From a virus (Duplodnaviria > Caudoviricetes): 24,508 nucleotides of DNA. Both the position numbers and the translations under genes were made by a program. The notes beneath the pieces are model-generated. The model ran no database searches. It was not told the origin of the DNA and saw nothing but the letters and a program-made list of their open reading frames with translations. Of the stretch, positions 1 to 6,574 are shown piece after piece. Location: IMG/VR virus record IMGVR_UViG_3300049009_000397, positions 1 through 24,508 of that record. One strand, 5' to 3'. The first letter of the stretch is position 1, and each line of letters begins with the position of its first letter.

Positions 1-3
1 CTA

Positions 4-642
4 ATGGACCGCTTGCACAACTCCCCGCCGCTGGCCGATCGGCTGGAGATCGAACACGCCAACCTCGCCGCCAAGGCGGTCGAGTGCGCCGATCTGGTTC
101 CGGACACCCTCGCCGCGGTAACGACGGACGAGGATGCCGGCGCATACGCCGAGACGGCCAAGACCCTGAAGGGGTGCCTGACCGCTATCGAGACGGCGCG
201 CAAGAAGGAGAAAGACCAGATTCTGAAGGACGGCCGCGCCATCGACGGGCACTTCGCCACGATGTCGGAGCCGGTCAAGGCGGCGGCGGATCGTGTCGTT
301 GCCGCCATCAACGCCTTCCAGACGAAGAGGCTGGAGGAGCAGCGTCGCATACAACGCGAGGCCGACGAGCGCGCCCGCAAGGAAGCCGAGGCATTCGAGG
401 AGCCGCCGCCGCCGGTATCTGTTCCGGTCGTCGCCAAGGAAGCCGCCCGCGTTATCGGCTTCAGCGGCACCGCCGTGGCCGCCGCTTCGGTGAAGTGGAT
501 GCACGAAGTTACCGACGCAACCCAGGTGCCGCGCGAGTTCCTGATGGTCAACGATTCGGCCATCAAGGCGGCCATTGCTGGCGGCCGGCGCGAAATCCTT
601 GGCGTGCGGGTGTTCGAGCAGATCCGGACTGCGATCCGCTGA
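4..642 (+). CDS. Phage coiled-coil protein (Gp157/Mu Gam-like architecture), recombination module
   Basis: 212 aa; long helical coiled coil; C-terminal VPREFLMVNDSAIKAAIAGGRREILGVRVFE motif typical of such phage proteins; stop overlaps next ATG. Confidence 0.6.
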   Translation: MDRLHNSPPLADRLEIEHANLAAKAVECADLVPDTLAAVTTDEDAGAYAETAKTLKGCLTAIETARKKEKDQILKDGRAIDGHFATMSEPVKAAADRVVAAINAFQTKRLEEQRRIQREADERARKEAEAFEEPPPPVSVPVVAKEAARVIGFSGTAVAAASVKWMHEVTDATQVPREFLMVNDSAIKAAIAGGRREILGVRVFEQIRTAIR

Positions 643-1103
643 TGGCAACGCGCTTTCTAGAATCGGAGGGCGACCGCCGCATGCTGATCCGCTTCCTGGA
701 AGCGCAGTCTTTGCCGCTTACCGTCACCATGTCGAAGGGCGGCAAGCGAAGCCTGAAGCAGAACGCGCTCAACCGGAAATGGATGGGCGAGATTGCTGGT
801 CAGTTGGGCGACCAGACGGACGAGGAAGTGCGCGGCTATTGCAAGCTAACGCTCGGCGTCCCGATCCTGCGGGCAAAAAATGAAGAGTTTCGCGAACGCT
901 ACGACGCCATCGTGCGCCCCCTGCCATACGAACAGAAGCTGGCGTTGATGATGGAGCCGTTCGACTTCGCCGTCACACGCAAGATGAATACAAAGCAATT
1001 CACGGCGTACCTTGACGGCGTGCATCGTCACTTCAGCGAGAAGGGAATCGTTCTGACCGATCCCGGCGACCTGCTTGCTTGCGCAGAAAAGCAAGCGGCA
1101 TGA
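642..1103 (+). CDS. NinB/YbcN-like recombination accessory protein
   Basis: Start at TGATG overlap (MATRFLES); KRSLKQNALNRKWMGEIA and TRKMNTKQFTAYLD motifs of the NinB/YbcN family. Confidence 0.75.
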   Translation: MATRFLESEGDRRMLIRFLEAQSLPLTVTMSKGGKRSLKQNALNRKWMGEIAGQLGDQTDEEVRGYCKLTLGVPILRAKNEEFRERYDAIVRPLPYEQKLALMMEPFDFAVTRKMNTKQFTAYLDGVHRHFSEKGIVLTDPGDLLACAEKQAA

Positions 1104-1447
1104 GCGACGTAGGCACCACGCGCCGCAAGGCCATGGGCCAGATGCGCCGCCTGCGGATATGGGAAGCGCACAAGGGCGTCTGCGTTTTGTGCGGGCTCAA
1201 GATCGACGGCGTGCGGGAGGAGTGGATCGTGGAGCATGTCCGCGCCCTGGTGTTGGGCGGCGACGATACTGACGAAAATTGCGGCCCCGCGCATGAGGAT
1301 TGCCGGCGCGTCAAGGACAAGGTGGACGTGGCATCCGGCGCGAAGGCGAAGCGCATGAAGGCGCGGCATCTCGGCATCAAAAAGCCCGGCGGATTCCGCA
1401 AGCCGCCGCCAGGATACAACGCATGGACACGACGAATCGAGCGATAG
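1100..1447 (+). CDS. HNH endonuclease family protein
   Basis: ATGA overlap start; CxxC (CVLC), EHVRALVLGGDDTDEN, AHEDC; basic C-terminal tail. Confidence 0.85.
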   Translation: MSDVGTTRRKAMGQMRRLRIWEAHKGVCVLCGLKIDGVREEWIVEHVRALVLGGDDTDENCGPAHEDCRRVKDKVDVASGAKAKRMKARHLGIKKPGGFRKPPPGYNAWTRRIER

Positions 1448-1449
1448 AC

Positions 1450-1602
1450 ATGCCCATCGGACAGTGGCGGAACCGCAAGGAATACGACGCTTGGTGGAGC
1501 AAAAACAGCATGGCCCACAACCGCCTCGCGGTCACAGACCCAGCCGAATGGGAGAGGGTCGCCAAAATTATCGAACAGTTTCAGATGGAGAATAAGAGAT
1601 GA
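1450..1602 (+). CDS. Hypothetical protein (50 aa, MPIGQWRNRK...)
   Basis: Fills the gap between HNH and the next gene; its stop overlaps the next ATG (ATGA). Confidence 0.6.
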   Translation: MPIGQWRNRKEYDAWWSKNSMAHNRLAVTDPAEWERVAKIIEQFQMENKR

Positions 1603-1925
1603 ACGATGCAGATTGGCGCGCAATCCCGCTCGACCGCGTCAACTGGCGCATCACCGCCAGCTCGCGCAATGCGATGGTGTTGTTTGCACATTCCACACCG
1701 CCGCGTGATCCAAAATATCCCGCGGGCCACGAGTGGGCGGGCCTGACGCTAGGCGATCTGGCCGACATGGGTGAGCGGAAATGGTGGCGGACAACAAATG
1801 TCGGCGTTAAGGCCGTGTCGGCGATCAAAGAGCTGATCGACCGCGCCGCAGCCGGCGAGGATGTCACGGTCGGAATCGATGGCGACTCGTATCAGCCCCA
1901 GCCGTGGCCGAGGAACCAGCTATGA
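1599..1925 (+). CDS. Stand-alone RNA polymerase alpha subunit C-terminal-domain-like protein
   Basis: ITASSRNAM and LGDLADMGERKWWRTTNVGVKAVSAIKELI align by eye to RpoA LTVRSANCL and [32 protein letters not shown] GGAG upstream. Confidence 0.7.
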   Translation: MNDADWRAIPLDRVNWRITASSRNAMVLFAHSTPPRDPKYPAGHEWAGLTLGDLADMGERKWWRTTNVGVKAVSAIKELIDRAAAGEDVTVGIDGDSYQPQPWPRNQL

Positions 1926-1942
1926 GCACGAAGGAGAACGTC

Positions 1943-2260
1943 ATGACGGAACTTTTGGGTTGCCCGTTCTGCGGGTCGCCGGGGTCACTGTTTACCAGCA
2001 GCGATCACTCGGGTGCGTGGGAGGGCGGTTGCTCCAGCGAGGGGTGCTTGGCGACCGACTGCGTTTGGGACATCAGCGAGGAACTTGCCATCGCCGCATG
2101 GAATCGCCGCGCCTCGCCACCAGAGGACGTGTTGGCCGCAGCGCGCCGGATGTTGGGGTCTATCGAGCCAGACGGGTCATACGCCGTCGATGGGTACTAT
2201 AAAGACGCGGCGCTCGTCGCCAGCGCCATGCTCGCAGCATCGAAGGAGACGGAGGGATGA
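1943..2260 (+). CDS. Lar-family (restriction alleviation) zinc-ribbon protein with C-terminal extension
   Basis: CPFCG ... C-x4-C ... EELAIAAWNRRA signature; SD AAGGAG at 1931-1936; alternative start at 1922. Confidence 0.75.
   Translation: MTELLGCPFCGSPGSLFTSSDHSGAWEGGCSSEGCLATDCVWDISEELAIAAWNRRASPPEDVLAAARRMLGSIEPDGSYAVDGYYKDAALVASAMLAASKETEG
2141..2260 (+). repeat. Direct repeat copy 1 (3' end of Lar-like gene plus SD and ATGA junction)
   Basis: 120 nt aligning to 2820-2936 with many synonymous or conservative changes and one 3-nt indel. Confidence 0.92.
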
Positions 2261-2643
2261 TCGACTGCCTGATCCTTGGCGACAGCATCGCCGTCGGCAT
2301 CGGCCAGATGCGGCGGGACTGCACCACCGTTGCCGTCGCCGGAATCGGGGCGGAGGCTTTCCTTACGCGCTACGGCGACAAGGCGGCAACAGAGGCCCGT
2401 GTTGTGGTCGTGAGTTTAGGCAGCAATGACCATGTCGTGAATGTTGCCGCCCTGGTGGACCTGCGCCGCCGGCTGCGCGGGCAGCGTGTGATCTGGGTAC
2501 TCCCGGCCGCCGCCTCAAAGGCGTGGGAAGTGTCCACCGTGGCGCTGTCTGCAGGCGACGCCGCCATACCAATCCCCGACCGTGCAGATCACGCGCACCC
2601 TACAGCAGCAGGATACAGAAAAATGGGCGAGGCCATGCAATGA
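2257..2643 (+). CDS. Minimal SGNH/GDSL hydrolase
   Basis: Blocks ILGDSIA, G, SLGSND and DHAHP in 128 aa; no signal peptide; ATGA overlaps at both ends. Confidence 0.85.
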   Translation: MIDCLILGDSIAVGIGQMRRDCTTVAVAGIGAEAFLTRYGDKAATEARVVVVSLGSNDHVVNVAALVDLRRRLRGQRVIWVLPAAASKAWEVSTVALSAGDAAIPIPDRADHAHPTAAGYRKMGEAMQ

Positions 2644-2936
2644 GCGACCGCGACCAGATCATAGAGGTGATGGCGCGGGCCGGGGCCTCTTTCGAGGAAG
2701 TCGAATACGACAACTTTCCGGAACTGTTCATTGAGCAGGCCGAACACATGCTGGCCGCCCTAGATAAATCAGGTCTGGCGGTGGTGCCGGTGGAGGACGT
2801 GAGGCGGATGCGGGAGGCGGCGCGCCGGATGCTGGAGCCTATCGAGCCAGACGGCAGCTACGCCGTTGATGGATTTTTTAAGGACGCGGCGCTCGTCGCC
2901 CGCGCCTTGCTCGCATCGAAGGAGACGGAGAGATGA
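2640..2936 (+). CDS. Hypothetical protein sharing its C-terminal module with the Lar-like protein
   Basis: MSDRDQIIEVMARA...; ATGA overlap start; ends RRMLEPIEPDGSYAVDGFFKDAALVARALLASKETER. Confidence 0.8.
   Translation: MSDRDQIIEVMARAGASFEEVEYDNFPELFIEQAEHMLAALDKSGLAVVPVEDVRRMREAARRMLEPIEPDGSYAVDGFFKDAALVARALLASKETER
2820..2936 (+). repeat. Direct repeat copy 2
   Basis: 117 nt paralog of 2141-2260. Confidence 0.92.
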
Positions 2937-3094
2937 GCGACCACGGCTGCACAGCAAAGAAGGGGTGCCTGCACAACAACGTCATGTGCGGCTTCCCTCT
3001 CTGCGCGTGGGGAAAGGCTTGCATGAAGACACCCGACGCCGAAGGTTTACCTGCGGCCCCACCTCACCACAGCATCGAAGGAGAGGAGAGATGA
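2933..3094 (+). CDS. Small Cys-rich hypothetical protein (53 aa)
   Basis: Hand translation MSDHGCTAKKGCLHNNVMCGFPLCAWGKACMKTPDAEGLPAAPPHHSIEGEER; strong SD; ATGA overlaps at both ends; not in ORF track. Confidence 0.65.
   Translation: MSDHGCTAKKGCLHNNVMCGFPLCAWGKACMKTPDAEGLPAAPPHHSIEGEER
3072..3094 (+). repeat. Third copy of the junction motif GCATCGAAGGAGA(C)GGAG(A/G)GATGA
   Basis: Matches 2237-2260 and 2913-2936 with a 1-nt deletion. Confidence 0.85.
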
Positions 3095-3291
3095 ACGACG
3101 CAACGCAACTGCTCGAACGCTTCGGCCTGATCCCGGAGGAGGACTTGGCGAAACTGCTCGGCGTGACCGTGCGGACTTTACAGAACCGGCCGCGCACCAA
3201 CCTGCCGGCGTTCGTGAAGGCGGGCCGGCGACGGCTTTACAAAGAGGATTCGGTGCGGGCCTATTTGGAAGCGCGTGTAATCGAGTCGTGA
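3091..3291 (+). CDS. xis: Excisionase / recombination directionality factor (MerR-like HTH)
   Basis: 66 aa; EEDLAKLLGVTVRTLQN HTH followed by PAFVKAGRRRLY wing; adjacent and convergent to integrase. Confidence 0.8.
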   Translation: MNDATQLLERFGLIPEEDLAKLLGVTVRTLQNRPRTNLPAFVKAGRRRLYKEDSVRAYLEARVIES

Positions 3292-4301
3292 ACGCTCGCG
3301 GGGTCTATGCGCGAGTAATGGCGCGACAAAACCTTCCAGCTCCTGTGACCGCTGATAAGCGCGACCTGTGGGATCTGCACGCCCGCTTCAAGCAGGCTCG
3401 ATAGCGCATGCGCCCTCAAGTCGTGCAGATGCAGGTCTTTGATCTGGCACCGCAAGACGGCCATCCCAAACGCCATCGACACGCTCGGACCCTTAAACGG
3501 AAACGGCTTTTCCATGTAGCGCGGCCGGCTGGCGATCAAGTCGAAGGTATCGACGCCACCGAAGGTGATGAGCGGCACCTCCTGGTCGTTTCCCTCCCGC
3601 ACGTTCACGTCGGGATGCTTGCGCGACCGGATGACCGCCGTTCGCCGCGCCTCGTTCAAGTCTGCCCATCCGATGCCCAGCAATTCACCGACCCGCAGAG
3701 GAAGCACGGCCAGCACGCGGATTATGGCCCCGAGGTCTATCATGGAGTTCGTCTGCCCTGCCGCATAGTCCAGAAGCTTTGCAATCTCGGCTTCGGTCGG
3801 ACGCCTCGTCCGGGTGCCGCTGCGGCCCGCAATCTTCATACGCAGCGCCGTGCCTATGGCGGCCTCCAGAGCCTCAAGCGGCACCGCCAAGCCCCACAGG
3901 TCGCGGCCGGTGCGGATCACTTCACGCAGGTAGCTGAGACGCGCCGTGACGCCGCCCGGCGCGAGCCCCTGCGCCACCTCCCGCGCGAAGTCGAGGAAGG
4001 CCGCCCGGTCGAGCTTGTCGAGTGCCTTGTGCCCGAGCGCGGCCCGGATCGTCTTGAGTTCGTGCGCCTTGTTCGTGCCCCATCTCTTGTCAGGCCACAT
4101 CTCGCGCTCGTAGCGGTCGATCAGCGCGGCCAGGGTGCCGACCATCTTCTGCTTTTCGGTGCCCTTCATATCGGCGTCGCGCTCGGCAGCGCGTGCCCAC
4201 GCTTTCGCGTCCGTGAGCCTGTCGAAACTCTTGGTCGCTTTCAGATCGACCCGCCTTATGATCGCCTGCCAGCGTCCGTTTCTCTGCCGGAACGTCGCCA
4301 T
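3261..4301 (-). CDS. int: Tyrosine recombinase / phage integrase
   Basis: 346 aa from MATFRQRNGRW (GGAGG/GAGG upstream); catalytic set R (PLRVGEL), K (RKHP), HxxR (HDLR), H (SGH), Y (RHY). Confidence 0.95.
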   Translation of the reverse strand: MATFRQRNGRWQAIIRRVDLKATKSFDRLTDAKAWARAAERDADMKGTEKQKMVGTLAALIDRYEREMWPDKRWGTNKAHELKTIRAALGHKALDKLDRAAFLDFAREVAQGLAPGGVTARLSYLREVIRTGRDLWGLAVPLEALEAAIGTALRMKIAGRSGTRTRRPTEAEIAKLLDYAAGQTNSMIDLGAIIRVLAVLPLRVGELLGIGWADLNEARRTAVIRSRKHPDVNVREGNDQEVPLITFGGVDTFDLIASRPRYMEKPFPFKGPSVSMAFGMAVLRCQIKDLHLHDLRAHALSSLLEAGVQIPQVALISGHRSWKVLSRHYSRIDPASVHDSITRASK

Positions 4302-4561
4302 TCCTCGCCTCCCCGACTGTGCCTTTGTCACACCATGGCACGCTGGCGCACTCAGGTCACAGTGCGGGCGAGTGTTGCTATGACGTACTGTGCTTTGCTG
4401 GGTTATGCACACGTCGGCAAAGGTGCCGAATATGCGGCTATTCCGGCGAATGTGCGCGGGTGCAGGCTATTTCAATGCGATAGCCGTCGGGATCGATCAG
4501 CCTGTCATGCTTGCCTTTTGCGGCGGTCTGTACACACTAATGGCACAGTGGAAGGGGAACA
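4302..4561. other. Putative attP region
   Basis: Largest non-coding gap in the window; directly upstream of int; arm-like motifs ACTGTGCC (4316-4323), ACTGTGCT (4387-4394) and inverted GGCACAGT (4542-4549) flank a host-gene-like core. Confidence 0.75.
4438..4500 (-). pseudogene. 3'-terminal fragment of a VOC/glyoxalase-family gene (att core plus replacement C-terminus)
   Basis: Reverse strand reads LIDPDGYRIEIACTRAHSPE-stop; DPDGxxIE is the C-terminal signature of VOC-fold proteins; resemblance ends upstream of about 4500. Confidence 0.65.
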
Positions 4562-4744
4562 CTATCGGCAAAGTTTCCCGTAGGCGGCGTTGTGCCCCCG
4601 GATTTGCGCCTTTGTCGCCTCGCTGTCTTGAGACGCCGAATAGGTGATGGTCGTGAACGCGGTGCAGGACGTATCGACAGGGCCACGCCCGGCGCACCCG
4701 GCGAGGAGAAGCGCGCTAAACGCGGTCGCGATTCTGAGGATCAT
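4562..4744 (-). CDS. Outer-membrane lipoprotein, o-spanin (Rz1-like)
   Basis: 60 aa MILRIATAFSALLLAGC lipobox; two further Cys; overlaps the 3' end of the i-spanin gene. Confidence 0.8.
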   Translation of the reverse strand: MILRIATAFSALLLAGCAGRGPVDTSCTAFTTITYSASQDSEATKAQIRGHNAAYGKLCR

Positions 4745-4955
4745 TGGCCTCGTCCTCCCTGCTGATCGGCCGGGTGGCCTTGGCGCGGGCTTCGTTGGCG
4801 TCGCGGGTGCGAGCAAGTGCATCCATAGCCGCCTCTGCCTTGGCGGCGGTCTTCCCTGCCTTGAAGACCTTGGCGACGAACACGACGACCGCGACGGCCA
4901 CCACCCCGGCCGCGATGACATAGGGGGCGAAGCGACCCCACAGGGCGGCGATCAC
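4716..4955 (-). CDS. Inner-membrane spanin (Rz-like)
   Basis: GTGA overlap start; 79 aa; N-terminal TM segment (VIAAGVVAVAVVVFVA) then Ala-rich helix; follows endolysin. Confidence 0.75.
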   Translation of the reverse strand: MIAALWGRFAPYVIAAGVVAVAVVVFVAKVFKAGKTAAKAEAAMDALARTRDANEARAKATRPISREDEANDPQNRDRV

Positions 4956-5737
4956 GGCGTCATCTCGCCAGCTTTGACCCGCCTGAAGACGCGCCGGATC
5001 AGGTAGACGGCGGCGACCGTAATGCAGGCCGTTATTATGACCGTGTAGACGTGCCCGTTGGCGAGGGGGGACAGGAGGTCGGCAACGCTCGCCCATGTCC
5101 CCTGCGCCGATTTTGCCGCCTCTACAGCGCCCTGCACGGCGTCGATGGCCGGCTTGAGATTGCTCACCGCCAGGGTAACGGCACCAGCGGCGACGGCCAC
5201 GTTAGTCTGCACCGCCTTGGATGATGCGGCGGTTGCCGGCTTGGCTACTTCCTGCGGCATGGCCGCGACCGGCACGGTGAAACCGTCAGCGCCTAGGGCG
5301 AGGTATAGCGCCGCCTCCGCTGCCCTGCGACGGGTCAAGCCGGGCACCTCAACAAGCCGACCATCGACCGTCGCCTTGTTCCAAAGGCCGAAGGCGTTGG
5401 CTGCGGCGCTCGTGTTGCCGGCTCGATGCGCGCGGAGAACGGAGGACGTGCGAAATCCCTGGAGGCCAATGTTGAAGGCGAGGCTCGTCATGGCGTTGAA
5501 CTGGTTCTGCGTCGTCGGCGCTCCAGCCAGAGCCGCCAGCACGCCCGTCTCAAATATCGCGATGTCGTGGTCGAACCGCGACCACATTTCGTCAACCGTG
5601 ATCTGCTGGCCGGGACTAACCGCCGGCTTGGTGGAGCCGATGCCAATAGTCAAAACCCCAGCCGGGCATCGATAAGCCGTCAGCCTCTCGCCCTCAAACT
5701 CGGCAATGAGGTCGCGGCCCGCTTGGTTCACTCTCAT
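4952..5737 (-). CDS. Endolysin, GH24 phage lysozyme with C-terminal hydrophobic extension
   Basis: 261 aa from MRVNQAGRDLIAEFEG; AYRCPAGVLTIGIG, QNQFNAMTSLAFNIG, WNKA, GLTRRRAAE motifs. Confidence 0.93.
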   Translation of the reverse strand: MRVNQAGRDLIAEFEGERLTAYRCPAGVLTIGIGSTKPAVSPGQQITVDEMWSRFDHDIAIFETGVLAALAGAPTTQNQFNAMTSLAFNIGLQGFRTSSVLRAHRAGNTSAAANAFGLWNKATVDGRLVEVPGLTRRRAAEAALYLALGADGFTVPVAAMPQEVAKPATAASSKAVQTNVAVAAGAVTLAVSNLKPAIDAVQGAVEAAKSAQGTWASVADLLSPLANGHVYTVIITACITVAAVYLIRRVFRRVKAGEMTP

Positions 5738-5913
5738 GGGGTGCCCCTTTCCTGTTCGCGCATCTCGCGCATGAGAACGGTCATGCCGTCCTGCACAAGG
5801 TTCCGCAGTTCGCCCATGGAAACCGGAAACATCAGATCCCGCTCGCCATCCCAAACCTTGAGCCGCACCGGCTGGCCGTGTTCGCTGATGATGCGCGGCA
5901 TGGGGTTTATCAC
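5734..5913 (-). CDS. Hypothetical protein (59 aa) in lysis cassette
   Basis: Hand translation MINPMPRIISEHGQPVRLKVWDGERDLMFPVSMGELRNLVQDGMTVLMREMREQERGTP; GTGA and ATGA overlaps at its ends; not in ORF track. Confidence 0.6.
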   Translation of the reverse strand: MINPMPRIISEHGQPVRLKVWDGERDLMFPVSMGELRNLVQDGMTVLMREMREQERGTP

Positions 5914-6218
5914 CGGGGCTTCTCAGCCTTTTTTTCAAGCTTGCCGTCGAGGTCGCGAAAACCATCTCGGACGATGCTTTTGATCTCGCGGATGTCGTCG
6001 GCCGTCCGCATCTGGACCTGATCCATATGCACACGCTGGGCGGCGATCTCGCGCAGCAGCCGAGACTCGATCACCACGTCGGCGCGCTCCAGATTCGTGA
6101 CGCGCCCGTCCAGCGCCACATAACCCGCCGTGCCTACGACCAGGAACGATATCGCCGTCAAAATGTGACCCAGATTGATCGTCGGATCGAAGGTCAGTTT
6201 TTTAGCGGCGTCCGGCAT
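5910..6218 (-). CDS. Membrane protein, holin/antiholin candidate
   Basis: Single N-terminal TM (INLGHILTAISFLVVGTAGYVAL) followed by coiled coil; first gene of the lysis cassette. Confidence 0.55.
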   Translation of the reverse strand: MPDAAKKLTFDPTINLGHILTAISFLVVGTAGYVALDGRVTNLERADVVIESRLLREIAAQRVHMDQVQMRTADDIREIKSIVRDGFRDLDGKLEKKAEKPR

Positions 6219-6230
6219 GGATTGTTGCTC

Positions 6231-6563
6231 TTACGCCCAGACCACCGGCGGATCGGCAAGCACGCGCTGCACGCCAGCCCCTTCGATTGCCGCCACAAGG
6301 TTGGAGTAGCCGGCGAAGTCATCGTTGAGGCGCAGCATCGCCCAGTAGCCGGGCTCTGCAACACCGGGCGTCACCTCCACACCGTCGCCGTCATAGACAG
6401 GCGGCGTCACCCAAGGGGCCTGCATCGGCGCGTGCATCGCATAGTTGCCGTTGCCGGTGGGGATTACGCCGCTCTCGGGGAAGTCCACGCCCAGAGCCGT
6501 CGCAAGAACGCGCGCAGTCGCCTCGTCGGGAAACTGCACATAGATCGCGTCACGCCATGCCAT
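6231..6563 (-). CDS. Fibre/spike-associated protein (possible assembly chaperone)
   Basis: 110 aa; SD GGGGAG; directly follows spike gene; C-terminal PPVVWA ending. Confidence 0.55.
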   Translation of the reverse strand: MAWRDAIYVQFPDEATARVLATALGVDFPESGVIPTGNGNYAMHAPMQAPWVTPPVYDGDGVEVTPGVAEPGYWAMLRLNDDFAGYSNLVAAIEGAGVQRVLADPPVVWA

Positions 6564-6574
6564 GTGTGTCTCCC

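Noticed and set aside
84-641. N-terminal extension of the NinB-like ORF in the track (likewise extensions of int to 4412, endolysin to 6034, 18778 ORF to 19563)
   Set aside because: They overlap upstream genes or regulatory gaps; better starts with SD or stop/start overlaps lie downstream
1-648. 215-aa - strand ORF, and similar long antisense ORFs at 6027-6917, 12197-12958, 13420-14373 and 19485-20303
   Set aside because: Each lies opposite a well-supported gene and has Arg/Gly/His-rich shadow composition with no protein motifs
1926-3094. CRISPR-like array from the 23-24 nt repeats
   Set aside because: The intervals are whole genes of very unequal length; repeats are SD/stop-start junctions; no cas genes
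4414-4429. Hairpin TCGGCA-AAGG-TGCCGA as a terminator
   Set aside because: Only a 6-bp stem with no U-tract on either strand; could be a protein-binding site but unsupported
4302-4561. tRNA or tmRNA fragment as att core
   Set aside because: No T-loop GTTCGA-type motif, acceptor stem or CCA end seen on either strand
3408-4583. 391-aa + strand ORF
   Set aside because: Antisense shadow of the integrase in GC-rich DNA; no recognisable motif; runs through the att region
5928-5935. A-AAA-AAG slippery heptamer near the end of the holin-like gene
   Set aside because: A -1 shift hits TGA two codons later; only a +1 shift would join the endolysin frame, and no supporting signal is visible
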